Shown here piece after piece: positions 37,648 to 48,375 of a DNA stretch of 64,000 bases. Source of the DNA: Bdellovibrionales bacterium (GTDB taxonomy: Bacteria; Bdellovibrionota; UBA1018; CAIMNF01); contig JBEIJY010000001.1 in NCBI GenBank assembly GCA_040380025.1, positions 1 to 64,000 of the forward strand, read 5' to 3'. The position numbers and the translations under genes are program-made. Below the pieces are notes generated by a model that saw only the letters and a program-made list of their open reading frames with translations, had not been told where the DNA came from and did no database searches. The first letter of the stretch is position 1. Each line of letters opens with the position of its first letter.

Positions 37648-38666
37648 GGCGCGCTTCTTTCGAGCTTGAGCGCGCGCCACTCATTCTTCTCGAGCCGGGT
37701 GATCCGGAAAGGCGCACCGCCTTCCTGATACGCGGCAATGACCGGCTCAAGATCGCTTTCGATCAAACCGGACAACACCAGCGTCGCGCCGGGAGCAAGA
37801 CACCTTTTGATCTCTTCCGAGAACCGGATCAGAATCGGACGAAGGATGTTCGCCACGAGCACATCGACCGTTCCGGTTTTGAGTTCCCCCGGAATCATTT
37901 CGTGGAATCGGATTCGATTTTCCACCGAATTCAGAAGCGCGTTCTCGCGGGCATTGTCGTTCGCAAGCGGATCGACCTCCACGCACACCACTGATGCGCC
38001 CTGCAAGGCCGCCGCAATGCCGAGGATCCCCGAGCCCGAGCCGAAATCCAGAACCGTCTTGCCACTCAAATCGCCCGTCTCCGAGAGAATCCGCAGACAC
38101 AGCTGGGTGGTCTCATGGGTTCCGGTCCCGAACCCGGCACCGGGATTGATCGCAATGATTCCCTTGGTGGAGCCGGACTCGCAGGCGCGCTGCCACTCCT
38201 CGCTCCACGGCGGGAGCACCTTCAGACGCGGGCCGACCTCGATGCCGGTGAACGCCGCCTTCCAGGTCGCATTCCAATCCTGCTCTTCGACCGGAATCAC
38301 CTGCGGAGCCGGCTGAAGCCGGTACTCCGAAGAAAGCCAGTCGCGCGCGCGGACTGCCGAAGCTTCATCGGCAAAATACGCCAGCATCGTCAAGGAGCGC
38401 TCCTGCGAGATCCAGTCGCGCTCATGCGGGGCCACGCCTTCGTCCAGCACCCACGACTCGGTCTCGTAACCGCGCTCGTGGGCCTCTTCGGCCAGAAGAA
38501 CCCCCTCGGTCAGGCCGAAAAACGAGGGATTTCCATCCGGATCCACCAGATCACCGCAAAAATCATTGAACCGCGCCACCGCATCCTCGCGGGAGTGGGA
38601 CGCATCCCCCCCGCCTTTCGCAAGGATCACTTGCGATGCAAGCTCGAACGACAGGGCTTGCATCAT
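37644..38666 (-). CDS. prmA: Ribosomal protein L11 methyltransferase
   Basis: INPGAGFGTGTHETT, LDFGSGSGIL and VANIL motifs. Confidence 0.95.
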   Translation of the reverse strand: MMQALSFELASQVILAKGGGDASHSREDAVARFNDFCGDLVDPDGNPSFFGLTEGVLLAEEAHERGYETESWVLDEGVAPHERDWISQERSLTMLAYFADEASAVRARDWLSSEYRLQPAPQVIPVEEQDWNATWKAAFTGIEVGPRLKVLPPWSEEWQRACESGSTKGIIAINPGAGFGTGTHETTQLCLRILSETGDLSGKTVLDFGSGSGILGIAAALQGASVVCVEVDPLANDNARENALLNSVENRIRFHEMIPGELKTGTVDVLVANILRPILIRFSEEIKRCLAPGATLVLSGLIESDLEPVIAAYQEGGAPFRITRLEKNEWRALKLERSAP

Positions 38667-41611
38667 GACTCGGAACCGTCTCCGGAGCGGTTTCCGGAAT
38701 CATGATCCGGCACCACCACATTGTCCGACGATTCCGGACGAGGACGCGCGTCCATGAGCTGGGGAGCGCGATTTCCGTTCGGCTGGGGACGGTATCGACC
38801 ACCGCCGCCACCTCTTTGATTTTGATTCTGATTCCGGTTCTGCTGGCCGTGTTGGTGCCGGTTGCGCCCCTGGTGCTGATGGCGCCCGTTCCGGCCACCG
38901 CCCTGGTTTTGCTGGTTCTTCTGCTGTTGACCGCCGCCACGGCCCCCTTGGCGGTGGGCCGAAAGCGAGGATCCCGCCGGAGTTCCCATTCCTGCGATCG
39001 CAGCATCCTGCGCCGCTTGCGCCCTCATGTACGCGAGCTGATCCTCGTCATCCATCTCGCTGAAGTCCTCGATGGACTCCGGAGCCGAAGGGACAGCGGG
39101 AATCGCGGCCGCGATTTTCGAGAAATCGGGCTGACGATCCTCCTCCTCCACCACGGGCTTCCGTGGAGCCTGATCGGTCGCAGGGCGGGGCGCGGCAATG
39201 AACGATCCCGCAGGCCGAACCTTCGGTGCCTCGGGCACCACCGGTGCATCGGAGTTCCGTGAATCAGCATTCCGTGCATCAGCGCTCCGGGCTTCTGCAT
39301 TGCGTCCGCCGTGCCTCTCGGCATGACGCTCGCTATGTCGATCTGCGTGTCGATCTGCATGTCGATCCCCGTTCCGGTCCTGGCGTTGCTGTCTGCCGCG
39401 ATCCTTGCGCTCGCTCCGCTCGGAGCGTTCGCGCTCGACCCGAAGCTGGCGGGCGAGATCGACGTTCTGCTTCTTACCCTGCATCCGGTCGGTCACGACC
39501 TCGAATTGTTCGCCATGGAAATCCATGACCGCTTGCAGGTACACGGATTTGTTGTAGCGGCGCTCGCTCTGATCGAGCGCATCGCGGAGCTCGATGGCGA
39601 GCACGTTGATCACCGCTTCATGAGCCGAAACAAGGATCTTCTTCGCTTCGCGATCGACGCTCAGCCGTTCGATCTCGCGAAGGATCTCGTAGGCCACGGT
39701 CGAATGGGTCTTCGTGTATCCGCGCCCCTCACAATGGGAACAAGGCTCGCAGAGACTCCGCACAAGAGTGTCGCGCGTACGCTTCCGGGTCATTTCGACC
39801 AGACCGAGCTCCGAGATCTTCTGGATGGTCGGGCGTGCCCGGTCTTTCTTCAACGCCTCGTCGAGCGCGCGATAAACCCGCATCTTGTTTTCATCGCGTT
39901 CCATATCAATGAAATCGACAATGATGATCCCGCCACAGTTCCGGAGCCGCAGCTGGTAGGCGATTTCCTCGGCGGCCTCGAGATTGGTCTTCAGGATCGT
40001 GTCTTCCAGATTCTTCTTTCCGACGAAGCGACCGGTGTTCACATCGACCGCAACCAGTGCTTCTGCCTGGTCGATCACGATGTATCCGCCGCTTTTCAGC
40101 CACACCTTCCGCTCCATCGAACGATGAAGCTCGCTCGAAAGCCCGTAGGCATCGAAGATCGGGATATCGCCCTGATACAGCTCGATTTTCTCGATCAGGG
40201 TCGGCATGAACCGCTCGGCGAATCCCATCAACTCATTGTAGTGATACCGGGTATCGACCACGATGCGGTCGATGTCCTCGTTCACCCAATCCCGGATTGC
40301 GCGGAGAATCGAGGTGAGGTCCTCGTACACGAGCGCCGGAGCCTGGGCTTCCTCGGCTTTCGTGCGAATCCCGGTCCAGAGTTTCGAAAGATAATCGATG
40401 TCCTGCTTGATCCACGATTCAGGATCCTTCCCGCCGCTCGCGGTCCGGACAATGAACCCCATCTTCCGCGGACGGTTGCGCTCGACGAAATCCCGGAGAC
40501 GTCTCCGTTCGTCGTCGCGCTCGATCCGGCGGCTCACGCCCACATGATCGATCGAGGGCATGCACACCAGGTGACGGCCCGGAAGACTCACATGACAGGT
40601 CAGACGCGCGCCTTTGGTCGCGATCGGGTCCTTGGCCACCTGAACGATGACTTCCTGGCCTTCTTTCAGCAAATCAGCAATATTGGCCTGAGCCCTCGGA
40701 CGGATGGATTTCGCCTTGATCCGGCGGTCGCGGCCCCGCTGCTCGCGGAATTCCGGACGCGCACGTTTTCCCTTGGGGGATCCGCCCTGGATTCCACCCG
40801 TTTCGCCGGCCACGGCGGCACGGTCGCTTTCGACCGATCCGCTGTCATTCAAACTTTCATTCACGGCCTGCGGAATCAGACTCGGATCTTCATGGGATTC
40901 CCCGCCCGCGAACTGATGCCGGGGCTCTCCGCCGCGACGGCGGCGGCGATTGCGGTTTCTTCCGCGCCGGCCCCGTTTCTGGTCTTGAAGGCCCTGAAGA
41001 CTAGCATTCTCTTCTGCCGATCCGGCAGGAGCTCCGGACTCGGATGAATCCGATTGAACCGCGAGCTCTTCTTGTCCGTTCCCGTCCACCAGTTCGGAGT
41101 CGTCAGACTCGTCCGCATCCTCGGACTGTGTGGATTCGTCCGAAGGCTCCTCCGACTCATCCGACTCATCCGACTCATCCAACTCATCCAAATCATCCGA
41201 TTCGTCCGATTCCTCCGACTCATCTGATTCTTCGAATTCTCCTGCATCGTCTCCCGCTTCGGATGCTTCGGGCTCGGACTGAAACTCCGCAGGAGCGTCC
41301 GAAAGCGACTCTGATTCTGGTTCCATTGCGGAATCAGCGGAATCATCCGAAGAAAACTCGTTTTCTTCGCCCATGACTTGCGGGTGCACGTAAATGTCGT
41401 CGACATAAAGGAAGGCGGCCTTGTCGAGGCCCACGTCCACAAATGCGGCCTGCATTCCGGGGAGAACCCGGGTCACACGCCCTTTGTAGATGTTTCCTAC
41501 GATTCCTTTTTCGCTGTCCCGCTCGATGAGCAGTTCTTGAATTTGTCCGTCGTCCATGAGTGCGATCCGCACTTCTGGAAGAGTTGCATTGATGATGAGT
41601 TCTTTTGCCAT
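38663..41611 (-). CDS. rne: Ribonuclease E/G with an acidic S1-domain insertion and a disordered C-terminal region
   Basis: GNIYKGRV, QAAFVD, VDVNTG, GGIIIVDFIDM and CSHCEG motifs. Confidence 0.93.
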   Translation of the reverse strand: MAKELIINATLPEVRIALMDDGQIQELLIERDSEKGIVGNIYKGRVTRVLPGMQAAFVDVGLDKAAFLYVDDIYVHPQVMGEENEFSSDDSADSAMEPESESLSDAPAEFQSEPEASEAGDDAGEFEESDESEESDESDDLDELDESDESDESEEPSDESTQSEDADESDDSELVDGNGQEELAVQSDSSESGAPAGSAEENASLQGLQDQKRGRRGRNRNRRRRRGGEPRHQFAGGESHEDPSLIPQAVNESLNDSGSVESDRAAVAGETGGIQGGSPKGKRARPEFREQRGRDRRIKAKSIRPRAQANIADLLKEGQEVIVQVAKDPIATKGARLTCHVSLPGRHLVCMPSIDHVGVSRRIERDDERRRLRDFVERNRPRKMGFIVRTASGGKDPESWIKQDIDYLSKLWTGIRTKAEEAQAPALVYEDLTSILRAIRDWVNEDIDRIVVDTRYHYNELMGFAERFMPTLIEKIELYQGDIPIFDAYGLSSELHRSMERKVWLKSGGYIVIDQAEALVAVDVNTGRFVGKKNLEDTILKTNLEAAEEIAYQLRLRNCGGIIIVDFIDMERDENKMRVYRALDEALKKDRARPTIQKISELGLVEMTRKRTRDTLVRSLCEPCSHCEGRGYTKTHSTVAYEILREIERLSVDREAKKILVSAHEAVINVLAIELRDALDQSERRYNKSVYLQAVMDFHGEQFEVVTDRMQGKKQNVDLARQLRVERERSERSERKDRGRQQRQDRNGDRHADRHADRHSERHAERHGGRNAEARSADARNADSRNSDAPVVPEAPKVRPAGSFIAAPRPATDQAPRKPVVEEEDRQPDFSKIAAAIPAVPSAPESIEDFSEMDDEDQLAYMRAQAAQDAAIAGMGTPAGSSLSAHRQGGRGGGQQQKNQQNQGGGRNGRHQHQGRNRHQHGQQNRNQNQNQRGGGGGRYRPQPNGNRAPQLMDARPRPESSDNVVVPDHDSGNRSGDGSES
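41095..41235 (-). repeat. 9-nt imperfect tandem repeats encoding (D/E)ES in the RNase E insertion
   Basis: TCCGACTCA repeats on the plus strand; protein ESDESEESDESDDLDELDESDESDES. Confidence 0.8.
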
Positions 41612-42006
41612 ACGCTCCCCGCGTCTACCACCCTTCCTAAGGGGTGGATTTGGAGCAGGCTTCGAAGAAGGACCGGATGGGTCCCGGGGATTTCAGAGAG
41701 TCAGGCCCGTTTCACTCAAGAAGTGAACATCGAGGAACAGAGCGGGATCGAACCGCCGGTTCCGGCGGGATTCTTTGTTCGATTCTCTTATGATTTCAAG
41801 CTCTGTCTTCATTGAGGTGACTTTGTACTGGTCCCGAATCTTTCCGTCTTGGGTTACGATAACTCCACCGAAGATTCTTCTTTTCCTGCTGTTGGTTTAC
41901 ACACAGTGCCCGGGCTGAAGGGTCATTTCATCACGTTTCCGCTTCCTGCCCCGAACACGACCGAATAAAAACTTTCCGCCTATTCTTCACTTAGGCTCGA
42001 CTCCAG

Positions 42007-42015
42007 AGTATAGCA
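42007..42015 (-). promoter_or_regulatory. Extended -10 element for rne (implies a ~390-nt 5' UTR)
   Basis: TG-C-TATACT on the minus strand. Confidence 0.45.
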
Positions 42016-42046
42016 GGTGCTGAAGAACGGCAACTTTAAAAAAACC

Positions 42047-42745
42047 ATGAATGACCAGACTCTGTCCCGAGACCGGCTCGCCGGCGCCATCGACCATACT
42101 TTGCTGAAGCCGACCATGACGATGGCCGAGCTCGAAAAGCTCTGTGCAGAGGCGGTTGCCTGTCGCTTCAAAACCGTTTGCATTCCGCCGACTTGGGTTC
42201 CCGATGGGGTACGGCTTCTTGACGGTTCCGGCGTGGGAACCATCACCGTGGTGGGTTTTCCGCTCGGATACGCCACTGCTGAATCCAAGGCTCTGGAAGC
42301 GCGTCAAGCGATCGACCATGGCGCAAGCGAGATCGACATGGTCATCAATGTAAGTTATTTAAAAAACAACCGCTGGAGCGAAGCCGAAGCGGATGTCGCG
42401 CGGGTGGCCTGGGAGTGCGGCGCCATTCCCCTGAAAGTGATTCTCGAAACCGCCTACCTCACCCAGGCCGAAAAAGTCCGGGCGGCTCTTTTGTCCGAGA
42501 CGGCGGGCGCGGCGTTCATCAAGACCTCGACGGGGTTCGCCACGGGTACCCCGATTACGGGTGCGACCCTTGAAGACATCCGACTTTTGCGCCAGACTCT
42601 GGCTCCGGGAACCCGGATCAAGGCCTCCGGTGGAATCCGGGATGCGGCGACCGCCGTGGCCATGCTGCAGGCGGGGGCGGACCGGTTGGGAACCTCGAAC
42701 GGAGTTTCCATTCTGGACGGTCTTCCCGGAGAAGGAGTGTATTGA
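42047..42745 (+). CDS. deoC: Deoxyribose-phosphate aldolase
   Basis: [24 protein letters not shown] and KASGGIR motifs. Confidence 0.97.
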   Translation: MNDQTLSRDRLAGAIDHTLLKPTMTMAELEKLCAEAVACRFKTVCIPPTWVPDGVRLLDGSGVGTITVVGFPLGYATAESKALEARQAIDHGASEIDMVINVSYLKNNRWSEAEADVARVAWECGAIPLKVILETAYLTQAEKVRAALLSETAGAAFIKTSTGFATGTPITGATLEDIRLLRQTLAPGTRIKASGGIRDAATAVAMLQAGADRLGTSNGVSILDGLPGEGVY

Positions 42746-43959
42746 TGAATCCGATGCCGCTGAAACGTGTGTTCTGGATCGTGTTGGACGGTGTGGGAGT
42801 CGGCGAATCGCCGGATGCCCGTGAATTCGGAGACGCGGGCGCGAACACGCTCTCGAATCTCTCCCGGGCGATCCTGAAGAAACGCGGCACTCCGCTCGTC
42901 ATCCCGAATCTCATGAAACTCGGAATCCACCTGGTCACGCCGGTCGAAGGTGCCCCCCTTCCTTCACGGATTCTTGGCGCGTACGGAAAAGCACAAGAAG
43001 AGTCACAAGGAAAAGACACCACCTCCGGCCACTGGGAAATGGCGGGCCTTCCCGTTCGGGAGGCGTTTCCGGTCTATGAAAACGGCTTTCCCGCGCATCT
43101 AGTCGATCATTGGGTGCGCGAAAACGGTCTGCCCGGGGTTCTCGGAAACTGCGCCGCAAGCGGAACCGAGATCCTCGAAAAACTCGGCCCCGAGCACATG
43201 GCCACCGGAAAACCGATCTTGTACACCTCGGCCGACAGCGTCTGGCAGGTGGCGGCTCACGAAGAAACCTTCGGTCTGGAACGGTTGTATCAGATTTGCA
43301 AATCCGCGCGCACCCTCGTCGATGGGATCAACCTCGGCCGCGTGATCGCCCGCCCCTTTGTCGGAGACCCAAAAAAAGGCATTCCCTTCCAACGCACCTA
43401 CAACCGGAAAGACTACTCCATGCTCCCCTCCGCGCCCACCGTGCTTGATGCGCTCTCTGCGCAATCCATTCCGGTCTTGGGCGTGGGAAAGATCTCGAAC
43501 ATCTTTGCCGGCCGGGGTGTGCCCGAAAACATCGACACTGCCGGCAACACCGATGCCCTGCGCGTGATGAAAGAGTGCTTGAGAAACCGCGAAACCGGAC
43601 TCATCTTCGTGAATCTGATCGATTTTGACATGCTCTACGGCCATCGCCGCGACGTCTCGGGATTCGCATCGGCCCTTGAGGAGTTCGACCAAAGCCTCGG
43701 AGAGTTTTTTTCGGAATGCGTTCCGGGCGATCTGGTGCTCCTGACGGCCGACCACGGAAATGACCCGACCTTCCCGGGCACCGACCACACGCGCGAGTTC
43801 GTGCCGGTCCTGGCGTTCACCCCCGGCGGAACCGGCGAAGTCGACCTCGGGATCCGAAAAACCTTTGCCGATCTCGGCGCCACCGTCCACCATGCGCTCA
43901 CGGGCGCACCGCACCCCTGCGGCAAGTCTTTTCTCGCGGAACTTCTCAACCCCTCCTGA
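42745..43959 (+). CDS. deoB: Phosphopentomutase
   Basis: [26 protein letters not shown] and ADHGNDP motifs. Confidence 0.97.
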   Translation: MNPMPLKRVFWIVLDGVGVGESPDAREFGDAGANTLSNLSRAILKKRGTPLVIPNLMKLGIHLVTPVEGAPLPSRILGAYGKAQEESQGKDTTSGHWEMAGLPVREAFPVYENGFPAHLVDHWVRENGLPGVLGNCAASGTEILEKLGPEHMATGKPILYTSADSVWQVAAHEETFGLERLYQICKSARTLVDGINLGRVIARPFVGDPKKGIPFQRTYNRKDYSMLPSAPTVLDALSAQSIPVLGVGKISNIFAGRGVPENIDTAGNTDALRVMKECLRNRETGLIFVNLIDFDMLYGHRRDVSGFASALEEFDQSLGEFFSECVPGDLVLLTADHGNDPTFPGTDHTREFVPVLAFTPGGTGEVDLGIRKTFADLGATVHHALTGAPHPCGKSFLAELLNPS

Positions 43960-43968
43960 AGGAGCACC

Positions 43969-45306
43969 ATGGAAACCATCTCCGTACCCCGGATCATTCA
44001 AAAAAAACGCGACCGGGTTCCGCTTTCCTCCGAAGAAATCGACCGGATTGTCCGGGGGGCGGTCGACGGAAGTGTTCCGGAATACCAACTCTCGTCCTTC
44101 CTGATGGCCACCTTCTTCACCGGGATGAGCTTCGAAGAAACCGCGAATCTCACGCGGTCCATGATCGAATCCGGCGAACAATACAACCTCTCGGGAATTC
44201 CCGGCCCCAAGGTCGACAAGCACTCCACGGGCGGGCTCGGAGACAAGGTCTCCATCATCCTCGCCCCTCTGGCTGCGGCCTGCGGACTCAAGGTGCCCAT
44301 GATGGCCGGACGCGGCCTCGGCCACACCGGGGGAACGATCGACAAACTCGAATCGATTCCCGGATTCCGGGTGGTTCTGGAAAAGAAAAAATTCACGGAG
44401 ATCATCGAGAAGACCGGATGCGCGATCATCTCGCAGAGTGCGACCATCGCTCCCGCGGACCGGATTCTGTATGCCCTTCGCGATGTCACCGCGACCATCG
44501 AGTGCATTCCCCTCATCACCGCCTCGATCCTGTCGAAGAAAATCGCCGAAGGCGCGAACAGCCTCGTCATGGACATCAAGGTCGGAAACGGGGCTTTTTT
44601 GAAGCGAAAAACCGATGCCATGGCACTTGCGAAAACCATGCGGGCCGTGGCGAAGCTCTCGAACATGGAACTCCGGGCGACCCTGAGCAACATGGATCAG
44701 CCCCTCGGATACGCGGTCGGAAACGCGCTCGAGATTCTGGAGTGCGTGGAGGTCCTGCGCGATCAGGATCTGAATCCGCAAGGACTGCCCTCGCCCGACC
44801 TGAAGGAACTCACGATCCATCTCTGTGCACAGATGCTGGAGGCGGGAAAGCTTGTCCGGAGCCTTCCGGAGGGCCGAAAACTTGCCCTTTCGAAACTCCA
44901 TGACGGGTCGGCCTGGCGAAAGTTCCTCGAGATGGTCGCCGCCCAGGGAGGAAATTCTTCGTTCTTTGACGACCCCCTGCGACTGATGCGCTCCGAACGC
45001 ACTTGGGAAATCAAGGCGGTACGGAAAGGCTATGTGAGCGGCTTCGAGTGCGAGGAACTCGGAAGACTTCTGATCAGCATGGGAGGGGGCCGGAACCGCG
45101 TGAATGATCCGATCGATCATTCCGTCGGATTTTTCGTCCACAAGAAGCTCGGCTCCACCGTGAAGAAGGGCGAGGTCCTCGTGACGGCGTTCGGAAACGA
45201 AAAAACGGATTTCCGGTTGATCGAAGAGCGGATCCATTCCATCATCACCATCACCACTGCGAAGAAGTCCGCACCGAAACTGATCCTGGAGGCGAATGCG
45301 AAATGA
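43969..45306 (+). CDS. deoA: Thymidine/pyrimidine-nucleoside phosphorylase
   Basis: DKHSTGG, GRGLGHTGGTIDKLESIPG and SILSKK motifs. Confidence 0.95.
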   Translation: METISVPRIIQKKRDRVPLSSEEIDRIVRGAVDGSVPEYQLSSFLMATFFTGMSFEETANLTRSMIESGEQYNLSGIPGPKVDKHSTGGLGDKVSIILAPLAAACGLKVPMMAGRGLGHTGGTIDKLESIPGFRVVLEKKKFTEIIEKTGCAIISQSATIAPADRILYALRDVTATIECIPLITASILSKKIAEGANSLVMDIKVGNGAFLKRKTDAMALAKTMRAVAKLSNMELRATLSNMDQPLGYAVGNALEILECVEVLRDQDLNPQGLPSPDLKELTIHLCAQMLEAGKLVRSLPEGRKLALSKLHDGSAWRKFLEMVAAQGGNSSFFDDPLRLMRSERTWEIKAVRKGYVSGFECEELGRLLISMGGGRNRVNDPIDHSVGFFVHKKLGSTVKKGEVLVTAFGNEKTDFRLIEERIHSIITITTAKKSAPKLILEANAK

Positions 45307-45710
45307 GTTCTTCCCCGCTCTGTGATGATGCGATCAATGCCATGGACCGCTCCTACTCGCCCTACAGCAAGAAACGCGTCGGCGCGGCCATCGAGCTCGA
45401 CAACGGAAAGACCTTCACCGGCTGCAATGTCGAGAACTCCTCATACGGCGGCACCGTGTGTGCTGAGCGGGTTGCGGTCTGGAAGGCTGTGAGCGAAGAG
45501 GGGCCGGGCGTGCGGATCCGCAGGGTTGCCGTCGCAACCGAAGCCTCTCCGCCGTGGTTTCCCTGCGGACTCTGTCGGCAGGTGATCAACGAGTTCGCGA
45601 CGGACGATTGCGAGATTCTTCTGGTGAATCCGTCGGGAACCGTCAACACTTTCACGCATCGCGAACTTCTTCCGCACGGATTCGATCGTTCGGCGCTTGA
45701 ATCGCCATGA
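45303..45710 (+). CDS. cdd: Cytidine deaminase
   Basis: GCNVEN, CAER and PCGLCRQ motifs. Confidence 0.96.
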   Translation: MSSSPLCDDAINAMDRSYSPYSKKRVGAAIELDNGKTFTGCNVENSSYGGTVCAERVAVWKAVSEEGPGVRIRRVAVATEASPPWFPCGLCRQVINEFATDDCEILLVNPSGTVNTFTHRELLPHGFDRSALESP

Positions 45711-45745
45711 TTCCGTCGGGGGACTGACCCCGTCGGAAATTTTTT
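45711..45745 (+). terminator. Intrinsic terminator after the deo operon
   Basis: TTCCGTCGGGG/CCCCGTCGGAA stem with one mismatch, followed by T6. Confidence 0.65.
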
Positions 45746-45865
45746 CCTGATCCATGATTGCCCATCGCCGCGCCCGCGTGGGATCATGGTTCAAATCCAT
45801 GTTTTTCTCCGGCTCATGAGGAGCCGGGCCCACGGAGCAACCAAGAATTCAACGGAGGAATTCTC

Positions 45866-47080
45866 ATGCGTTCTGTCGTTTTCCTGCTCGCCGCACTGGC
45901 CCTCTGGCAGGGTTTCGCCCCTGTCGCCAAAGCCGAGACCACAGCCGAAACCACGGCCGAAACAACAGCCCAGCCCAAGGAATGGACCTTTCTGATCTTC
46001 CTGAACGGGAACAACAATCTCGATTCCTTCGGAACCCTGAACCTGAACCAGATGGAAAAAGTGGGCTCGAATGCGCGGATCAACATCGTGGTCCAGTGGG
46101 CCAGCCTGAGAACCCGCACCGTGAAGCGCATGCTGATCCAAAAGGACAACGATCCCGCACGGGTGACCTCGCCCGTGATCGAGGATCTCGGCCGGGTCGA
46201 CATGGGCGACTGGAGATCCCTCGTGAACTTCGTCAAGTGGGGCACGGAACGCTTTCCGGCCACGAAATACTTTCTCGACATCTGGGATCACGGAAGCGGC
46301 TGGCACGCCAAAAACTACGGCATCGGAAACCCCGCTCCGATGGACATCAGCTGGGATGATCTCACGGGGAATCACATCACCACCGCCCAACTCGCACAGG
46401 CCCTCGAGGAATCGGCCAGGATCATCGGGCACAAAATCGACATCTACGGATCGGACGCCTGCCTGATGGCCATGATCGAGATCGCGACCGAAGTGCGCGG
46501 CTCGGTGGGAATCTATGCTGGCTCCGAAGAAAACGAACCCGGCGCCGGATGGCCCTACGATGCCTTCCTGACCCGCTGGAACAATCTGCCGGACGCGACA
46601 CCCGCTCTCGTTGCGAAAGTCCTTTCGGAGGAATATGCGAAGAGTTACCGGACCACGAATGATGCGGTGACCTTCTCGGTGTTCGATCTCGAGCGCCTTC
46701 CCTCGGTGAACGGGGAAATCCGGAGATTCACCGATGCGGTCCGGAACCTCGACGGGGCATCGGTGCGGAAGTTTCTCGATGCGGCCAAACAATCCCAGAG
46801 CTTCGCGGTGACGGACTATGTGGATTTCCTCGATTTTCTGGCGAATCTGAAGGCTTCCCGGATCCCGGGCCTCGAGCCGGCCTCGATCGACCGGCTCCTG
46901 CGCGCGGTGCGATCGCTCGTGATCGCTAACGACACCGTCCGGTTTCCCCGCGCGAACGGGGTTTCGGTTTGGATTCCGACCGCCATTCAAACCTATTCGC
47001 GCCACGCGGATCTATACTCGAGAATGCAGTTCGACCACGAGACCCGCTGGGGGGATCTGCTCGCCTCGATGCTGAAGTGA
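45866..47080 (+). CDS. Secreted clostripain-family (C11) cysteine peptidase
   Basis: Signal peptide; WDHGSGW and DACLM catalytic His/Cys motifs; GGAGG SD. Confidence 0.92.
   Translation: MRSVVFLLAALALWQGFAPVAKAETTAETTAETTAQPKEWTFLIFLNGNNNLDSFGTLNLNQMEKVGSNARINIVVQWASLRTRTVKRMLIQKDNDPARVTSPVIEDLGRVDMGDWRSLVNFVKWGTERFPATKYFLDIWDHGSGWHAKNYGIGNPAPMDISWDDLTGNHITTAQLAQALEESARIIGHKIDIYGSDACLMAMIEIATEVRGSVGIYAGSEENEPGAGWPYDAFLTRWNNLPDATPALVAKVLSEEYAKSYRTTNDAVTFSVFDLERLPSVNGEIRRFTDAVRNLDGASVRKFLDAAKQSQSFAVTDYVDFLDFLANLKASRIPGLEPASIDRLLRAVRSLVIANDTVRFPRANGVSVWIPTAIQTYSRHADLYSRMQFDHETRWGDLLASMLK
45932..45970 (+). repeat. Three 12-nt repeats encoding AETT after the signal peptide
   Basis: GCCGAGACCACA GCCGAAACCACG GCCGAAACAACA. 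Confidence 0.8.
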
Positions 47081-47103
47081 TCCGATCATCAAATGAATCG
47101 ACA

Positions 47104-47141
47104 GAAAAGCCCCGGAGGGAACGCTCCCTCCGGGGCTTTTC
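47104..47141. terminator. Bidirectional intrinsic terminator
   Basis: Perfect 17-bp inverted repeat GAAAAGCCCCGGAGGGA / TCCCTCCGGGGCTTTTC between convergent genes. Confidence 0.9.
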
Positions 47142-47480
47142 TCATTCTTCTTCCCCGTCTTCTTCTCCATCCGGAGATTCGCTCCGGATCTGGAAAAGCC
47201 AGCCCTCGTCCAAGGGATCCCCCTGCAAGGACTCCAAATCCTGATTCAAACTCTCATTCACCGAAACGATTCCCCCGTCGAGCGGCGCAACCACCTCGAA
47301 ATTCTGCTTCGCCCCCTCGATCTCGACGACGACATCATCCTGCAAAACCTCGTCACCCTCGACCGGCAACTGGATTCCCTGGACTGTTCCGATTTCTTCG
47401 AGGGCTTTTTCGGTGAGACCCACGGTGATCACCGCACCTTTTTTTTTGAACCAGATCCTGCCCTCGTCGTACTCGTTCAT
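47142..47480 (-). CDS. Glycine cleavage H-like lipoyl carrier protein
   Basis: ITVGLT, EGAK (lipoyl-Lys position), APLDG and DP..EGWLF motifs. Confidence 0.85.
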   Translation of the reverse strand: MNEYDEGRIWFKKKGAVITVGLTEKALEEIGTVQGIQLPVEGDEVLQDDVVVEIEGAKQNFEVVAPLDGGIVSVNESLNQDLESLQGDPLDEGWLFQIRSESPDGEEDGEEE

Positions 47481-47507
47481 GAAGTCTCCCGATGTTTGCG
47501 AACCGTC

Positions 47508-48371
47508 TCAGTTGCGCTCTTTTTTGCCGAGAAAAACGGCATCGTCTTTCTTGCTTCTCAGCTCGATCCACCGGAGACGCGCCGAACGGAACGGAATCAC
47601 CTCCAGGTTCTCTGTGTTTATCCCGACTTTGCCCGGCTTTGAAAGCTTGAATTCGGCCTTCCACGCGGTTCCCTTACGGGACAATACGGCCCGGCACCGG
47701 ATCGTTTTTCCTGCGGTCATCAGAACTCCCGACCACTCTCCCGAAAGATCCTCTTCCTTGGTCTCCGACTTTGCGGAATCCGGTCCCGGAGAACCGATCA
47801 ACCGGATCAATCGACCGCCGGGCATCCGGGGCGGCGGACTCGCCGGGGACTTCGCCCACTCCTCTTTCACCCATGGTTCTTTCTCGGCGTCGGCGAACCT
47901 CAGCAAGCGCTCCGAGGCTTTCCCTGAACTCATGTGTTCCTTCATCCCCTTCGCCACCGCGAGGCGGACATGGGGATCCGCATCCGCCAGATACGGTTCG
48001 ACGAAGTCGTATGAGGCATCGCCCTGGGAGCGGATCAACGAAGACAGCATCTTCTTCTGAAAGACCGCATTGCCCGATTCCTTGATCTCTTTTTCTAGAA
48101 TCGCCGCCACCGAAGAGTCGTCGAAATGGCCCAGACCATCGATCAACCAAGAGCGCTGTACCGCACTCCCGCCCTCCGACAACATCTGCCGGATCACCGG
48201 CAGGGCCTCCGGGCCGAGGCTCTCCCAGAAATCCGCAGGCGGGGTCGGATGCCGGTCCGTCACCTGCTCCCGTATTTTTTCCCGGATTTCGGACGGAGTC
48301 AGCGCGTAAGCGAAAAAAGGAAACAAAAGCAACAATCCGGGAAGAGCGATTTTCATGGCGGAGACCTTCAT
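47508..48371 (-). CDS. Exported HEAT-repeat protein
   Basis: Signal-like segment; LADADPHVRLAVA HEAT-type repeat. 48356 is an alternative start. Confidence 0.7.
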   Translation of the reverse strand: MKVSAMKIALPGLLLLFPFFAYALTPSEIREKIREQVTDRHPTPPADFWESLGPEALPVIRQMLSEGGSAVQRSWLIDGLGHFDDSSVAAILEKEIKESGNAVFQKKMLSSLIRSQGDASYDFVEPYLADADPHVRLAVAKGMKEHMSSGKASERLLRFADAEKEPWVKEEWAKSPASPPPRMPGGRLIRLIGSPGPDSAKSETKEEDLSGEWSGVLMTAGKTIRCRAVLSRKGTAWKAEFKLSKPGKVGINTENLEVIPFRSARLRWIELRSKKDDAVFLGKKERN

Positions 48372-48375
48372 CCTT

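Noticed and set aside
39311..41047. 578-aa plus-strand ORF
   Set aside because: Antisense shadow of rne.
41095..41235. Short tandem repeats as a CRISPR or contingency locus
   Set aside because: In-frame 9-nt coding repeats with no spacers and no cas genes.
43099..45237. 712-aa minus-strand ORF
   Set aside because: Antisense shadow of deoB/deoA.
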